From an uncultured delta proteobacterium (GTDB taxonomy: Bacteria > Myxococcota_A > Polyangia > Fen-1088), in NCBI GenBank assembly GCA_963755125.1, contig CAVWIP010000002.1, positions 96,001-160,000 on the forward strand: a stretch of 64,000 nucleotides of DNA, read 5' to 3'. The notes beneath the pieces are model-generated. The model saw nothing but the letters and a program-made list of their open reading frames with translations. It searched no databases and was not told the origin of the DNA. Positions within the stretch are counted from its first letter, which is position 1. Each line of letters begins with the position of its first letter. Shown here one piece after another: positions 1 to 8,885 of the stretch. The position numbers were made by a program, and so were the translations under genes.

Positions 1-953
1 CGCACGCGCATTTCCAGATCCATCCACCCCTGATCCGGCTTCAATGTCTGGGCCATGTGCAACTCGGCGAGGGCGATGTCGTAGTCGCCCACCATCGCCT
101 TGCCCAGGCCGTAGCTGTAGTGCGCCCGGCCCTTGACCTCTGGCTTGAGGGATGGGTTCGCGTCCGCCCTGGCCACCGCGCGTGCGAAGAACTCCACGGC
201 CGTCCCCGGATCGCTGCGTTTCAGGTACTCGTTGCCCTGCTTCAGTTCGGGTAGGGCGCTGTCTTCCAGCAAAGCCACATGTTCCTGCACGGGGTGGGGC
301 GCGATCATCTTCAAGAACTGATCGGCCACCTCGTTGCGGCACTGGTCGAGCAGCGCATCGCTATCCACATTGTCGGGATCGCCGTCGGTGGACGTGGTCT
401 CCTTCTTGCGCTCCGCGACCAGTCGGCGGCTGACCAGCAGCTTGCTGGTGTTGGTGTCGAACACGCGCACGTTGGTCACGAAGCGCGCCTTCACCGTGCG
501 GGTGTAGCGGGTGCATGGGTAACGCAGCAGCTTTCCGCTCTCATACCGGGTGCAGGTGTCGCTCTTGCTGTTGACCTTGTCGTCGGCCTTGGATTCGTTG
601 ACCGTGCCGGCCACCAGCGCCGCTGCGGGCAGAAGCTTTCCGATCTCCACGCCCTGATTCTGTTCAAACGCCGCATCCAGCGCGCCTCGGTGTTCGGCCG
701 TGATTTTGTCCATCTCGGCTCGCTCCACCACCTCGTAGCGCTTGGAATCGAGGATGCGTTGGCTGACCATGGTGGCGAAGGTCTCACCGTCGGGACCGTC
801 GATCTTGGTGATGGCGATGCGCTTGACGCCAGCCAGGTTGACTTCAGCGGGCGCCAGGCGAGTGACCGTGATACTGGTGCCACAGCCGACGGAAAGAATC
901 GAAGTCAGCGAGAAGGCGGCCAGCGGCAGGTGAAGAGCAAGAGTTCTGTTCAT
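1..953 (-). CDS. CsgG/HfaB-like lipoprotein with C-terminal TPR-like helices (runs off window start)
   Basis: Not in the ORF track; translated by hand from ATG at 953: MNRTLALHLPLAAFSLTSILSVGC (lipobox) ...KRIAI...RYEVVERAEMDKI...GVEIGKLLPAAALVAGTV (CsgG-like core) ...AHYSYGLGKAMVGDYDIALAEL (TPR-like). Open to position 1. Confidence 0.65.
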   Translation of the reverse strand, partial: MNRTLALHLPLAAFSLTSILSVGCGTSITVTRLAPAEVNLAGVKRIAITKIDGPDGETFATMVSQRILDSKRYEVVERAEMDKITAEHRGALDAAFEQNQGVEIGKLLPAAALVAGTVNESKADDKVNSKSDTCTRYESGKLLRYPCTRYTRTVKARFVTNVRVFDTNTSKLLVSRRLVAERKKETTSTDGDPDNVDSDALLDQCRNEVADQFLKMIAPHPVQEHVALLEDSALPELKQGNEYLKRSDPGTAVEFFARAVARADANPSLKPEVKGRAHYSYGLGKAMVGDYDIALAELHMAQTLKPDQGWMDLEMRV

Positions 954-991
954 GGGTTATTCCGGGTTTGAGTCGTGCGCGTGGGCGCCGG

Positions 992-1582
992 CTACTGGGC
1001 AGTCGCGTCGTCCAGCTCGGAGAAGGCCTTGTCAGCCCGGTGGATGATGGCGGCGCGTTCCCGGTCGTCGAGCCCCTTCATCTGCGTGAGCGAGTCCTTG
1101 AAGGATTCCGTGTCGAGCACCACCAGCGCCCAGAGGGTGCCGCTGTTCGAGACCCAGGTGGCTTCCAGGCGCGTGCCCGAGAGGGTCATGTCCGTGATCT
1201 GCTTGGACACATCTTCGATGTGCTGCTCGCTGGCGGTCTTGTTCTCGGGGCCGCCCTGGGTGGCTGCCTGGTAGTCCTTCAGCATCGCCTTGACGCGGGT
1301 CTGCAGGCTGCGCGCCAGTTCGGTGCGCGCGCGGCCCTCGGCCGCAGAGTTGGCCAGCGAGATGTTGGTCATCCCCGACACGCTGCCTTTGCCGCAGACA
1401 GCCTTCTTGTTTTGCAGGCTGGCCTGACAGGGGCCGCTCACCCACGGAGGAGCGCCCACCAACTCGGCCTGGAGCGCGTTCTGCGGCTTCGCCGGCGAAC
1501 TGCCGCATCCGACAACGATCCCCAGAAGCGCGAGAGACGTGGTTGCACGGGACAGAAGGCCAAAGAGATTCTGCTGTGACAT
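992..1582 (-). CDS. LPP20 family lipoprotein
   Basis: Start MSQQN at 1582 with AAGGAG upstream; lipobox VVGC; APPWV...GKGS...AEGRARTELARSL pattern typical of LPP20. Confidence 0.7.
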   Translation of the reverse strand: MSQQNLFGLLSRATTSLALLGIVVGCGSSPAKPQNALQAELVGAPPWVSGPCQASLQNKKAVCGKGSVSGMTNISLANSAAEGRARTELARSLQTRVKAMLKDYQAATQGGPENKTASEQHIEDVSKQITDMTLSGTRLEATWVSNSGTLWALVVLDTESFKDSLTQMKGLDDRERAAIIHRADKAFSELDDATAQ

Positions 1583-1854
1583 AGGTATCGGCTCCTTTCT
1601 TGGTGACAGTACCCGCGGCTGCTGCCTCTGGTTCCGCTCACGCGGATCTTCGGCGCGACAAGCCGGCCGGGAGCAGTGTCCCAGATTAAGCGCGTCAGCG
1701 TCAAGAAGGCCGGCGCAGAAATTTCGCGACAAATGCATTGCAGCGGCGAGCCATCAGATGCCGCGTCGGGCAGCGGTCGGCGGTGACAGGCACCGGAACC
1801 CAGGGAGAGAAGACGGAGCCTGACGACGCGAAGTGGTCCGGCGAAGACGCGAGC

Positions 1855-2892
1855 CTACTTCTGGTCGTTCTTCGAACCGAACACCACGGTGACGCTCATG
1901 CGGCCCGGGCCACCAGTCAACTTGGCCTTGCCGGCCTTCGCAGCAGCGCAGACAGCCAGGAATTCGTCACCGAGCGAGCTCAGTTCCATGCGTGATTCCT
2001 CGACTGAGCCGTCGGGGCCGACCTTGATACCGAGGACCAGCGTGCCACGCAGGCCGGGTCGCGACTCAAGGGCTTTCTGATAGCAGGGCAGAAGCAGAGG
2101 CCCGAGCTCCGTGCTGGCCCTGGCCAGGGTTTCCGGCACGTCCCCGCCGGTGGCGCTGCGCGGACGCCGAATCACAACTTGCGGATCGGTCACCGGCGAG
2201 TCCAGGTCGCTGTCTGGAGTGTTGTCGCCTTGGGCCAGGCGCGAGCCGTCCGGGGCGAGCAGGGCCACGGTTTCCAGATCGATCTCCATCGTGACCACGG
2301 TGCCGCCGCTGATCCACAGGCAGGTCTGCTGGCGCAACTTCGAGTACACGGGGCGGAACACCACGCGCAGGAAGACCTTGCCTGCGGCGCGTTCGATCAG
2401 GACATGATCGGCAGCCTCGGGCGACAGGCGGAAGCCAATGGTGCCTGTCTCCAGGTTGGTCAGAAGCTCGGCGTTGTCCGCCAATCTGAAACTCCGGCCC
2501 GTGTCGAGCACCAGCCGGTGCTCCCCCAATTCGTAGTTGGCCAGGGCGAAGCCCTGAGCCGGCACGATGGCAACGTAGCGCATGCGCTCAGCATCCTGGC
2601 GGCGGCGGGCGTGCTCCTCGCGCTCTTGCGCTTGGGCCACAACGTTGCCCGAAAAAACCATCGAGTTCTCGTCGCGCAGGGTCTGGCACAGGTGGGCCAG
2701 CCCTTCACCGCCTTCGACTGCGAAGGCACCAGCAGTGCCGATGTTGCGGGGCAGGGCGGGCATCGGCGACCGGCTGGGCGAGCGCGGGACCGCGACAGGC
2801 GGAGGCGGTGGGGCCGTCCCGGTGGTTTGGGTCGAGGCGCAGGCAAACGCCGTGGTCAGATCGAGCAGCGCAACGCAACGCAAGCAGCGCAT
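1855..2892 (-). CDS. Lipoprotein with C-terminal AgmX/PglI (TonB-C-like) domain
   Basis: Lipobox-like AFAC; Pro-rich linker; C-terminus PCYQKALESRPGLRGTLVLGIKVGPDGSV...LAVC. Confidence 0.65.
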   Translation of the reverse strand: MRCLRCVALLDLTTAFACASTQTTGTAPPPPPVAVPRSPSRSPMPALPRNIGTAGAFAVEGGEGLAHLCQTLRDENSMVFSGNVVAQAQEREEHARRRQDAERMRYVAIVPAQGFALANYELGEHRLVLDTGRSFRLADNAELLTNLETGTIGFRLSPEAADHVLIERAAGKVFLRVVFRPVYSKLRQQTCLWISGGTVVTMEIDLETVALLAPDGSRLAQGDNTPDSDLDSPVTDPQVVIRRPRSATGGDVPETLARASTELGPLLLPCYQKALESRPGLRGTLVLGIKVGPDGSVEESRMELSSLGDEFLAVCAAAKAGKAKLTGGPGRMSVTVVFGSKNDQK

Positions 2893-2926
2893 GAAACAAC
2901 TTTACCTGAGATATGGCCCTTCGTGG

Positions 2927-3277
2927 CTATCGCCATTGCATGAAATGAAAAAGCCAGTTGACCAGTGTGATGGCGCTCGATGACAGCAGCAGGGCGCGCG
3001 TGGTCTTGATCTCGAACGAAGGGAGCAGCTTGTCAGCCAGCCAGAGCAGGACGGTGTTCACGATGTAGGTGGTGAAGAGCAGCAACAGGCCCAGGGTCAG
3101 GATGGTGGGGACCACGAGCAGCAGGCGGAGCAGCCAGCCGAGCGCCCAGTTGAGCAGGCTGAACACGACCGCCACGGTGATGGCCGCCGGGGGATTCTTC
3201 AGCCACACCCCGGAGGTCACCCGGCTCAGGACGAGCACGGTCAATGCCAGGACACCAACATGAAGAACAATGTGCAT
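2927..3277 (-). CDS. YvlD / 4-TM phage holin family membrane protein
   Basis: 116 aa, four hydrophobic segments, LLNWALGWLLRLLLVVPTILTLGLL..IVN motif. Confidence 0.75.
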   Translation of the reverse strand: MHIVLHVGVLALTVLVLSRVTSGVWLKNPPAAITVAVVFSLLNWALGWLLRLLLVVPTILTLGLLLLFTTYIVNTVLLWLADKLLPSFEIKTTRALLLSSSAITLVNWLFHFMQWR

Positions 3278-3430
3278 GTTTGAATCATAGCGCGTCCCAA
3301 AAAATATTCTCTGGGTCCTCCCCTCTCACGTTTGTGTTCCGGCCGCGGGCAGTCGTCCAGATGAACGCCGTCACTGCAAGGCTATTGTTTTCCCAAAACC
3401 AGCGTGGCAAGAACGCACCTCGGAATCCGC

Positions 3431-3799
3431 ATGCACGAAACCTCCGTCGCCCAGCGCATGGTGGACACGGCCATCGAGGTTGCTGACCAGAACGGCGGCG
3501 GTCGCGTCGTGGGCATGCGCCTTCTGCTGGGCGAGATGACCTGCGTGGAGCCGGACACCTTGAGCTTCGCCTTCGGCGTGGTCAGCCGGGGCACGCGCGT
3601 CGAGGGCTGTGCGTTGGAAATCGTGTGCGTGCCCACCCGCCTGCGCTGCCGCGCTTGCGGCGCCGAGCGCGGCGGCGACTTGCTGGAACTCTGCGCCTGC
3701 GGCACGCCCGGCGGCGAGGTGCTGGCGGGCCGCGAGTTGCGGCTTGACACCATCGACATCGACGACCAGGCGGCCTTGCCCGCAGGAGAGCAACCATGA
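3431..3799 (+). CDS. hypA: Hydrogenase maturation nickel metallochaperone HypA
   Basis: MHETSVA N-terminus, GEMTCVEPDTLSFAF, CRAC and CAC Zn ligands, GRELRL. Confidence 0.92.
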   Translation: MHETSVAQRMVDTAIEVADQNGGGRVVGMRLLLGEMTCVEPDTLSFAFGVVSRGTRVEGCALEIVCVPTRLRCRACGAERGGDLLELCACGTPGGEVLAGRELRLDTIDIDDQAALPAGEQP

Positions 3800-4542
3800 G
3801 CAAAGAGATCGAGGTGGCCCGCGACGTCTTGCAGGACAACCGCGAGAACGCCGCGAGCAACCGCCGGCGCTTCGGGCGCGAGGGCGTGTACGTGGTGAAC
3901 CTCATGTCCGGGCCGGGCGCGGGCAAGACCACCCTGCTGGAACGCACGGCCGAGGAGCTGGGCAAACGCGTGCGCATGGCGGTCATCACGGGCGACATCG
4001 CGACCACGCGCGACGCGGATCGTATCGGCCGCCACGGGGTGCCCACGTTGCAGATCAACACCGGCGGTGCCTGCCACATCGAAGCGCATCAGATCGCGCG
4101 CGCCGCCGACGATCTGAAGGCGGGACATTTTACATGGGAACTCTCACAGGGTTCCCAAACCCTCCCGCGATGGTCCGCCGCCGGTGAAGCCGGCGGGCTC
4201 CCCACGCGACTGGACCTGCTCGTCATTGAAAACGTGGGCAATCTGGTGTGCCCGGCCGAGTTCGATCTGGGCGAGCACGACAAGGTGATGATGCTCTCCT
4301 GCACCGAGGGCCACGACAAGCCGGGCAAGTACCCACTGATGTTCCAGGAGTCGCGTGCTCTGATCCTCAACAAGATGGATCTGCAGCCTCACACCAACTT
4401 CGACGTGGCGGCCGCTCTCGCCGACGCCCGCGCCATCAACCCCAGCATCGAGGTCATCAAGATGTCGGCCTGGAAAGGCGAGGGCCTGCAGGCATGGTTC
4501 GACTGGCTGCTGGCGCGCATGGCAGCCACCCGGCGCATGTAG
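3796..4542 (+). CDS. hypB: Hydrogenase nickel incorporation GTPase HypB (with ~27 aa in-frame insertion)
   Basis: SGPGAGKTT P-loop, GGACH, ENVGNLVCPAEFDLGE, DKPGKYP, NKMD; ATGA overlap with hypA. Confidence 0.95.
   Translation: MSKEIEVARDVLQDNRENAASNRRRFGREGVYVVNLMSGPGAGKTTLLERTAEELGKRVRMAVITGDIATTRDADRIGRHGVPTLQINTGGACHIEAHQIARAADDLKAGHFTWELSQGSQTLPRWSAAGEAGGLPTRLDLLVIENVGNLVCPAEFDLGEHDKVMMLSCTEGHDKPGKYPLMFQESRALILNKMDLQPHTNFDVAAALADARAINPSIEVIKMSAWKGEGLQAWFDWLLARMAATRRM
4117..4200. repeat. Palindromic REP/RPE-like element inserted in frame in hypB
   Basis: Two hairpins: TGGGAAC (4135-4141)/GTTCCCA (4151-4157) and CCGCCGG-TGAAG-CCGGCGG (4178-4196). They coincide with extra residues between CH and ENVGN. 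Confidence 0.6.
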
Positions 4543-4543
4543 G

Positions 4544-6826
4544 ATGGAAGCGCGCGCGGGTCGCCGCATCCTGGTTCGCGGCGTGGTGCAGGGCGTGGGG
4601 TTTCGGCCCTGGGTGTGGCGGCTGGCGCAGCAGGCGGGACTGGCTGGCCGGGTTTTCAATGACGGCCAAGGGGTGACCATCGAAGCGTTCGGTGCGCCGG
4701 CGGCGCTCGACGGATTTGTGACCAGCCTGGGCCAGCCACCGCCCGCGGCGCGCATAAAGAGCTTTACCAGTGAAGTGATTTCGACCGAGGCTGTCGCCAC
4801 ATTCATCATTGCGCCGAGCGGGCCGACCGGCGAGTCGGGCCGGCGCGTGTCGATCCCGCCGGACATTGCCACCTGCGCCGACTGTCTGGCCGAGATCGAA
4901 GATGCGCGCGCCCGCCGGTTTCACTACGCGCTGACCAACTGCACCCAGTGTGGGCCGCGCTTCTCTATTGCACGCGAGATCCCGTACGACCGCGTTCACA
5001 CCACCATGGAGTCGTTTGTGATGTGCTCCGACTGCCGCCGCGAGTACGAAGATCCGGCGGACCGGCGCTTTCACGCCCAGCCCATCGCCTGTCCGGCTTG
5101 CGGACCCTTGCTCTTGCTGGTCGACGCCGACGGAGCGGCACTGGACCTGGCGGATCCGACGGAGCCAGCGGCTCGCCTGCTGGCCGACGGGAAGATCCTG
5201 GCGGTCAAGGGAATCGGCGGCTATCACCTGGCCTGCGATGCAACGTCATCGCTGGCAGTGTCCCGCCTGCGCGAACGCAAGCAGCGCGACCAGAAGCCCT
5301 TTGCGGTGATGGTGCGCGATCTTGGCGCCGCCGAGGCGCTGGCTTGGCTCGACGACGCGGAGCGGGCGCTGCTGGCGTCGGTCGAGCGGCCCATCGTGCT
5401 GGTCCGGCGCAAGGCGGATTCCGGCTTGGCCCCGGAAGTGGTTCCCGAGAACCCGACGGTCGGTCTTCTGCTCGCCTACTCGCCGCTGCACCATCTGCTG
5501 CTGGCCCGAGCCGAGCGGCCTCTGGTCATGACCTCGGGAAATCTTTCGGAAGACCCCATCGCCTTCGACGACGCCGATGCGCAGAGCCGGCTGGCCGGGA
5601 TTGCCGACGCCTGGCTGGTCCACGATCGTGCCATCGCGAATCCCTGCGACGATTCGGTGGGCCGTCTGATCGCGGGCCGGCCGGTGTTGTTCCGCCGATC
5701 GCGCGGCTACGTGCCTAGTCCGATTGTCTTGTCGTCCGCGATCGCGCCGGTTCTGGCCTGCGGGGCGCAACTGAAGAACACCTTTGCTCTGGCGCAGGGC
5801 CACGACGCCTATCTCGGCCCTCACATCGGCGATCTCGACAACCTGGCGACCCTGGTTGCCTACGAGCGCGCGGTGGCGCGGCTGCAGCGCTTCGTCGGCA
5901 TCGAGCCGGAAATCATCGCCCACGATCTGCACGCCGGTTATCAATCGACCCGCTATGCGCTGGCGCGGCCCGAGGCGTGCAAGATCGCCGTGCAGCACCA
6001 CCACGCCCATGTGGCCGCTGCCATGGCCGAGTACGGCCTTGCCGGGCCGGTCATCGGCGTGGCCTATGACGGAACCGGGCTAGGCAGCGACGGGACGGCC
6101 TGGGGTGGTGAGATCTTGCTGGCCGATTTCGCGCGGTTCGAGCGCCTGGCCACCCTGCGGCCCATCCCTCTGGCTGGCGGCGATCTGGCCATCCAGCAGG
6201 TGTGGCGGCTGGCGCTCGCTCTGCTCGACGACGCCTTTGACGGCGACCCGCCACTTTCCGCCCTGGCCCCGTTTAAGTCGATCCCCGCAGGCGAGATCGC
6301 GCTCTGCCGCCGCATGATCGCCGAGAGGCTGAACGCGCCGCTGGCCCATGGTGCCGGTCGCTACTTCGACGCCCTGGGCGCGATTGGCCTGGCTGCGACC
6401 CAATCGTACTTCGAGGGCCAGGTGGCCATGCGCTGGAACTTCGTCGCTGATCCGGGCGAAACCGGCCGCTACGATTTCGCGCTGGACTCGACCCGGCGTC
6501 CCTGGCTGATGGATCTGCGGCCGATGGTGCGTCAGGCGACCATGGACATCGTGAATCAGCGCGCGCCGGCCGTGGTGTCGGCCCGCTTTCACAACACCCT
6601 GGTAGCGGCAACCGCCGATGCGCTCCGCTTGGTGCGACAGCAGCACGGCAAACACCCGGTGGTATTCACCGGCGGTTGCTTTCAGAACGCGCGCCTCACC
6701 GAATCGCTGCTGGCGGCCTTGGCGCCGGATTTCTCCGTCCACATTCCCGGCCAGGTTCCGCCTGGCGACGGCGGCATCGCCTTGGGCCAGGCCCTTGTGG
6801 CCGACGCCGTGGCTCGGTGCATTTGA
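4544..6826 (+). CDS. hypF: Carbamoyltransferase HypF
   Basis: Acylphosphatase GVVQGVGFRP, two CxxC-X18-CxxC Zn fingers, KGIGGYHLAC, QHHHAH, DGTGLG, GDGGIALGQ. Confidence 0.97.
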   Translation: MEARAGRRILVRGVVQGVGFRPWVWRLAQQAGLAGRVFNDGQGVTIEAFGAPAALDGFVTSLGQPPPAARIKSFTSEVISTEAVATFIIAPSGPTGESGRRVSIPPDIATCADCLAEIEDARARRFHYALTNCTQCGPRFSIAREIPYDRVHTTMESFVMCSDCRREYEDPADRRFHAQPIACPACGPLLLLVDADGAALDLADPTEPAARLLADGKILAVKGIGGYHLACDATSSLAVSRLRERKQRDQKPFAVMVRDLGAAEALAWLDDAERALLASVERPIVLVRRKADSGLAPEVVPENPTVGLLLAYSPLHHLLLARAERPLVMTSGNLSEDPIAFDDADAQSRLAGIADAWLVHDRAIANPCDDSVGRLIAGRPVLFRRSRGYVPSPIVLSSAIAPVLACGAQLKNTFALAQGHDAYLGPHIGDLDNLATLVAYERAVARLQRFVGIEPEIIAHDLHAGYQSTRYALARPEACKIAVQHHHAHVAAAMAEYGLAGPVIGVAYDGTGLGSDGTAWGGEILLADFARFERLATLRPIPLAGGDLAIQQVWRLALALLDDAFDGDPPLSALAPFKSIPAGEIALCRRMIAERLNAPLAHGAGRYFDALGAIGLAATQSYFEGQVAMRWNFVADPGETGRYDFALDSTRRPWLMDLRPMVRQATMDIVNQRAPAVVSARFHNTLVAATADALRLVRQQHGKHPVVFTGGCFQNARLTESLLAALAPDFSVHIPGQVPPGDGGIALGQALVADAVARCI

Positions 6827-6843
6827 ACCTTCGCCTCGGCACG

Positions 6844-8040
6844 CTAGCGCGAGCCCTCCGCGGAACGCCGCTTCTGCGTGCCCGGGCGGGCGGGTGAAAG
6901 CTCGACCGGGCGGGCGGACTGCGTCGCGATCGCCTGCTCGTAGAGAAGTCCCAGACTTTCCATGATCGGCCCGGGTGGGAACCGTTCCAGCAGTGAAGTG
7001 CGGCCGCGCGCGCCCATCGCTCGACGTTCGATCTCCGACAAGGACATCAGGCGTCGCATCGCCTCGGCCAGGGCGCGTGGGGATCCGGTGCTCACCACGT
7101 AGCCTGAGTAGCCTGTCGAGACGGCAGCGTCCCAATTCGCTTGGCGCGTGACGACCACCGGGAGTCCCATCAGTTGCGCCTCGAGCACGACATTGGGCAT
7201 GCCTTCGGCCCAGGAGGGCAGCACCAGGGCATCCGAAGCTGTGTACAGCACACGCGGTTCCTTCTCAGGAGGCAAAACTCGCAGGTATTTCTCAACGCCC
7301 AGCGCGCGCGCCAGCTTGGGAAGCAGAGCAGACGGGATCTGATCGCGCGGGCGGCCCGCTAGCAGGAACACCGTGCCCTCGGGCAGCGCGCCCCATCGCA
7401 CCAGCAGGGCGAGCGACCACAGCAGCCCCAACTGGTTCTTGACCCAGCTAATCCGCGCGGGAAACGCCCAAACGAAGGCATCTGCCGAAAGCCCGAAGTA
7501 CTCGCGCGCTGCCACCCGTTCACCGGGACCCGGGGGACGAAAGGCTTCCGGGTTGAGCAGATTCGGGATCACCGCGATCTTCCCTGGCCTGATCCCGGCA
7601 AACCTACGCAGAGTGCGCTCGATTCCCAGGGAATTGACGACCACGCGATAGGCACGCCGGCTGATGATGCGCGACCAGAGCAGATCCCACGGGAGAACCG
7701 GGCGGCCTCGCACCGACATCAGCCAGGTGGGCGCGTGCTCGATACGGGACAACGCCGCTCGGACCCAGCGGTTGACGTTGTCGCGAAACGAATGGATCAG
7801 GTCGGGTTGGAACTCCTCGATGACCGCCGCCAGCGCCTTGATCGCACCAGCGCCACGGGCGTTGAGTGGGAAGCGCGGCTGGCCAGCCGGGACGTCGGAG
7901 TAGTGGATCTCGGGGGCGAGGGTACACAGGGCAACCTCGAAGCGGTTCGGATCGAGCAATCCCAGCATGCGCAGAACCTGGCGCTCGGTTCCGCCCTGCT
8001 GCAGGCTCTTGATCACGAAAAGGACGCGACGTTTGCTCAT
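6844..8040 (-). CDS. Glycosyltransferase family 4
   Basis: LQQGGTERQ, LVLPSWAEGMPNVVLEA. Confidence 0.9.
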   Translation of the reverse strand: MSKRRVLFVIKSLQQGGTERQVLRMLGLLDPNRFEVALCTLAPEIHYSDVPAGQPRFPLNARGAGAIKALAAVIEEFQPDLIHSFRDNVNRWVRAALSRIEHAPTWLMSVRGRPVLPWDLLWSRIISRRAYRVVVNSLGIERTLRRFAGIRPGKIAVIPNLLNPEAFRPPGPGERVAAREYFGLSADAFVWAFPARISWVKNQLGLLWSLALLVRWGALPEGTVFLLAGRPRDQIPSALLPKLARALGVEKYLRVLPPEKEPRVLYTASDALVLPSWAEGMPNVVLEAQLMGLPVVVTRQANWDAAVSTGYSGYVVSTGSPRALAEAMRRLMSLSEIERRAMGARGRTSLLERFPPGPIMESLGLLYEQAIATQSARPVELSPARPGTQKRRSAEGSR

Positions 8041-8840
8041 GACCAACCGAGGAGTTGGGGGACAGTGACCAGCCGAATCCTACGCCGTTGCGCAAGCTGC
8101 AGCACCGATTCCAGCGCTGTGGTCATGGGCCGGCGGTCGTGGCCCAGTTTGCCGTCGTGGAGTAACAGGATAGTCCCGGGCCGGACCCAGCGCTCCGCCC
8201 GGCGCGCGATGACCGAGGCGTCCGGGCAGTCGGTGTCATAAACACCCGCGGTCCAGGCAATCAGCCGCAACCCCCTTCGCGCGAGATGCCTCGCCACAGC
8301 GAAGGTCTTGAGGCCGTGAGGAGCCCGAAAGAGGCGCACATCGGGAATCCCTGCCGCGGTAAGGGCCGCGTGGCCTCGATCGATCTCCTCCACAGCCTCG
8401 GCCAAGGAGACTTGGTTGAGCTTCCGGTGCGAGTAAGTGTGGCTTCCGACCGCATGGCCCGCGGCTGCAACCTGACGGGCCAGTTCGGGCTGGAGTTCGA
8501 TGTTCTGGCCGATCATGAAGAAGGTCGCTTTGGCTTGATGCTGGTCGAGCAGGCGCAACACGCTCATGGTGTGGTCGCCGTTCGGCCCGTCGTCGAACGT
8601 GATCGCCATGCGCCGGCCCCGGCGCGGACCGCGCCAGGGGATGCGGAAGAGCGGGTCAAACCCCGGCCAGTAAACGAAGGCGGCCCACGCCAGCAGCACC
8701 AAGCCGCCCAGGAGCAGCACAGCCAAGAGCATCCGCGTCGACGCCTGCTGCGCGCGCGCCATGCCCCAAATCGGCCCAGCGACCAGAGCCAGGTGGAAGA
8801 GGGCGCGGGTGGCGCCTCGAAGCTGCCGCCAGAACTTCAT
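8037..8840 (-). CDS. Polysaccharide deacetylase (CE4/NodB) with N-terminal membrane anchor
   Basis: TFDDGP, SHTYSH, RAPHG, LLHDG motifs. Confidence 0.92.
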   Translation of the reverse strand: MKFWRQLRGATRALFHLALVAGPIWGMARAQQASTRMLLAVLLLGGLVLLAWAAFVYWPGFDPLFRIPWRGPRRGRRMAITFDDGPNGDHTMSVLRLLDQHQAKATFFMIGQNIELQPELARQVAAAGHAVGSHTYSHRKLNQVSLAEAVEEIDRGHAALTAAGIPDVRLFRAPHGLKTFAVARHLARRGLRLIAWTAGVYDTDCPDASVIARRAERWVRPGTILLLHDGKLGHDRRPMTTALESVLQLAQRRRIRLVTVPQLLGWS

Positions 8841-8885
8841 GGAACCTTCCGGATGCCGAAACTAGCACGGTTCCCGCGGAGGCAA

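Noticed and set aside
279..971. Long antisense and alternate-frame ORFs throughout (e.g. 279-971, 19919-21577, 34498-36144, 54291-55910)
   Set aside because: Shadow ORFs expected in high-GC DNA opposite genes with recognisable motifs.
2927..3277. Prophage suggested by the holin-family gene
   Set aside because: YvlD-type proteins are common chromosomal membrane proteins, and no phage genes are nearby.
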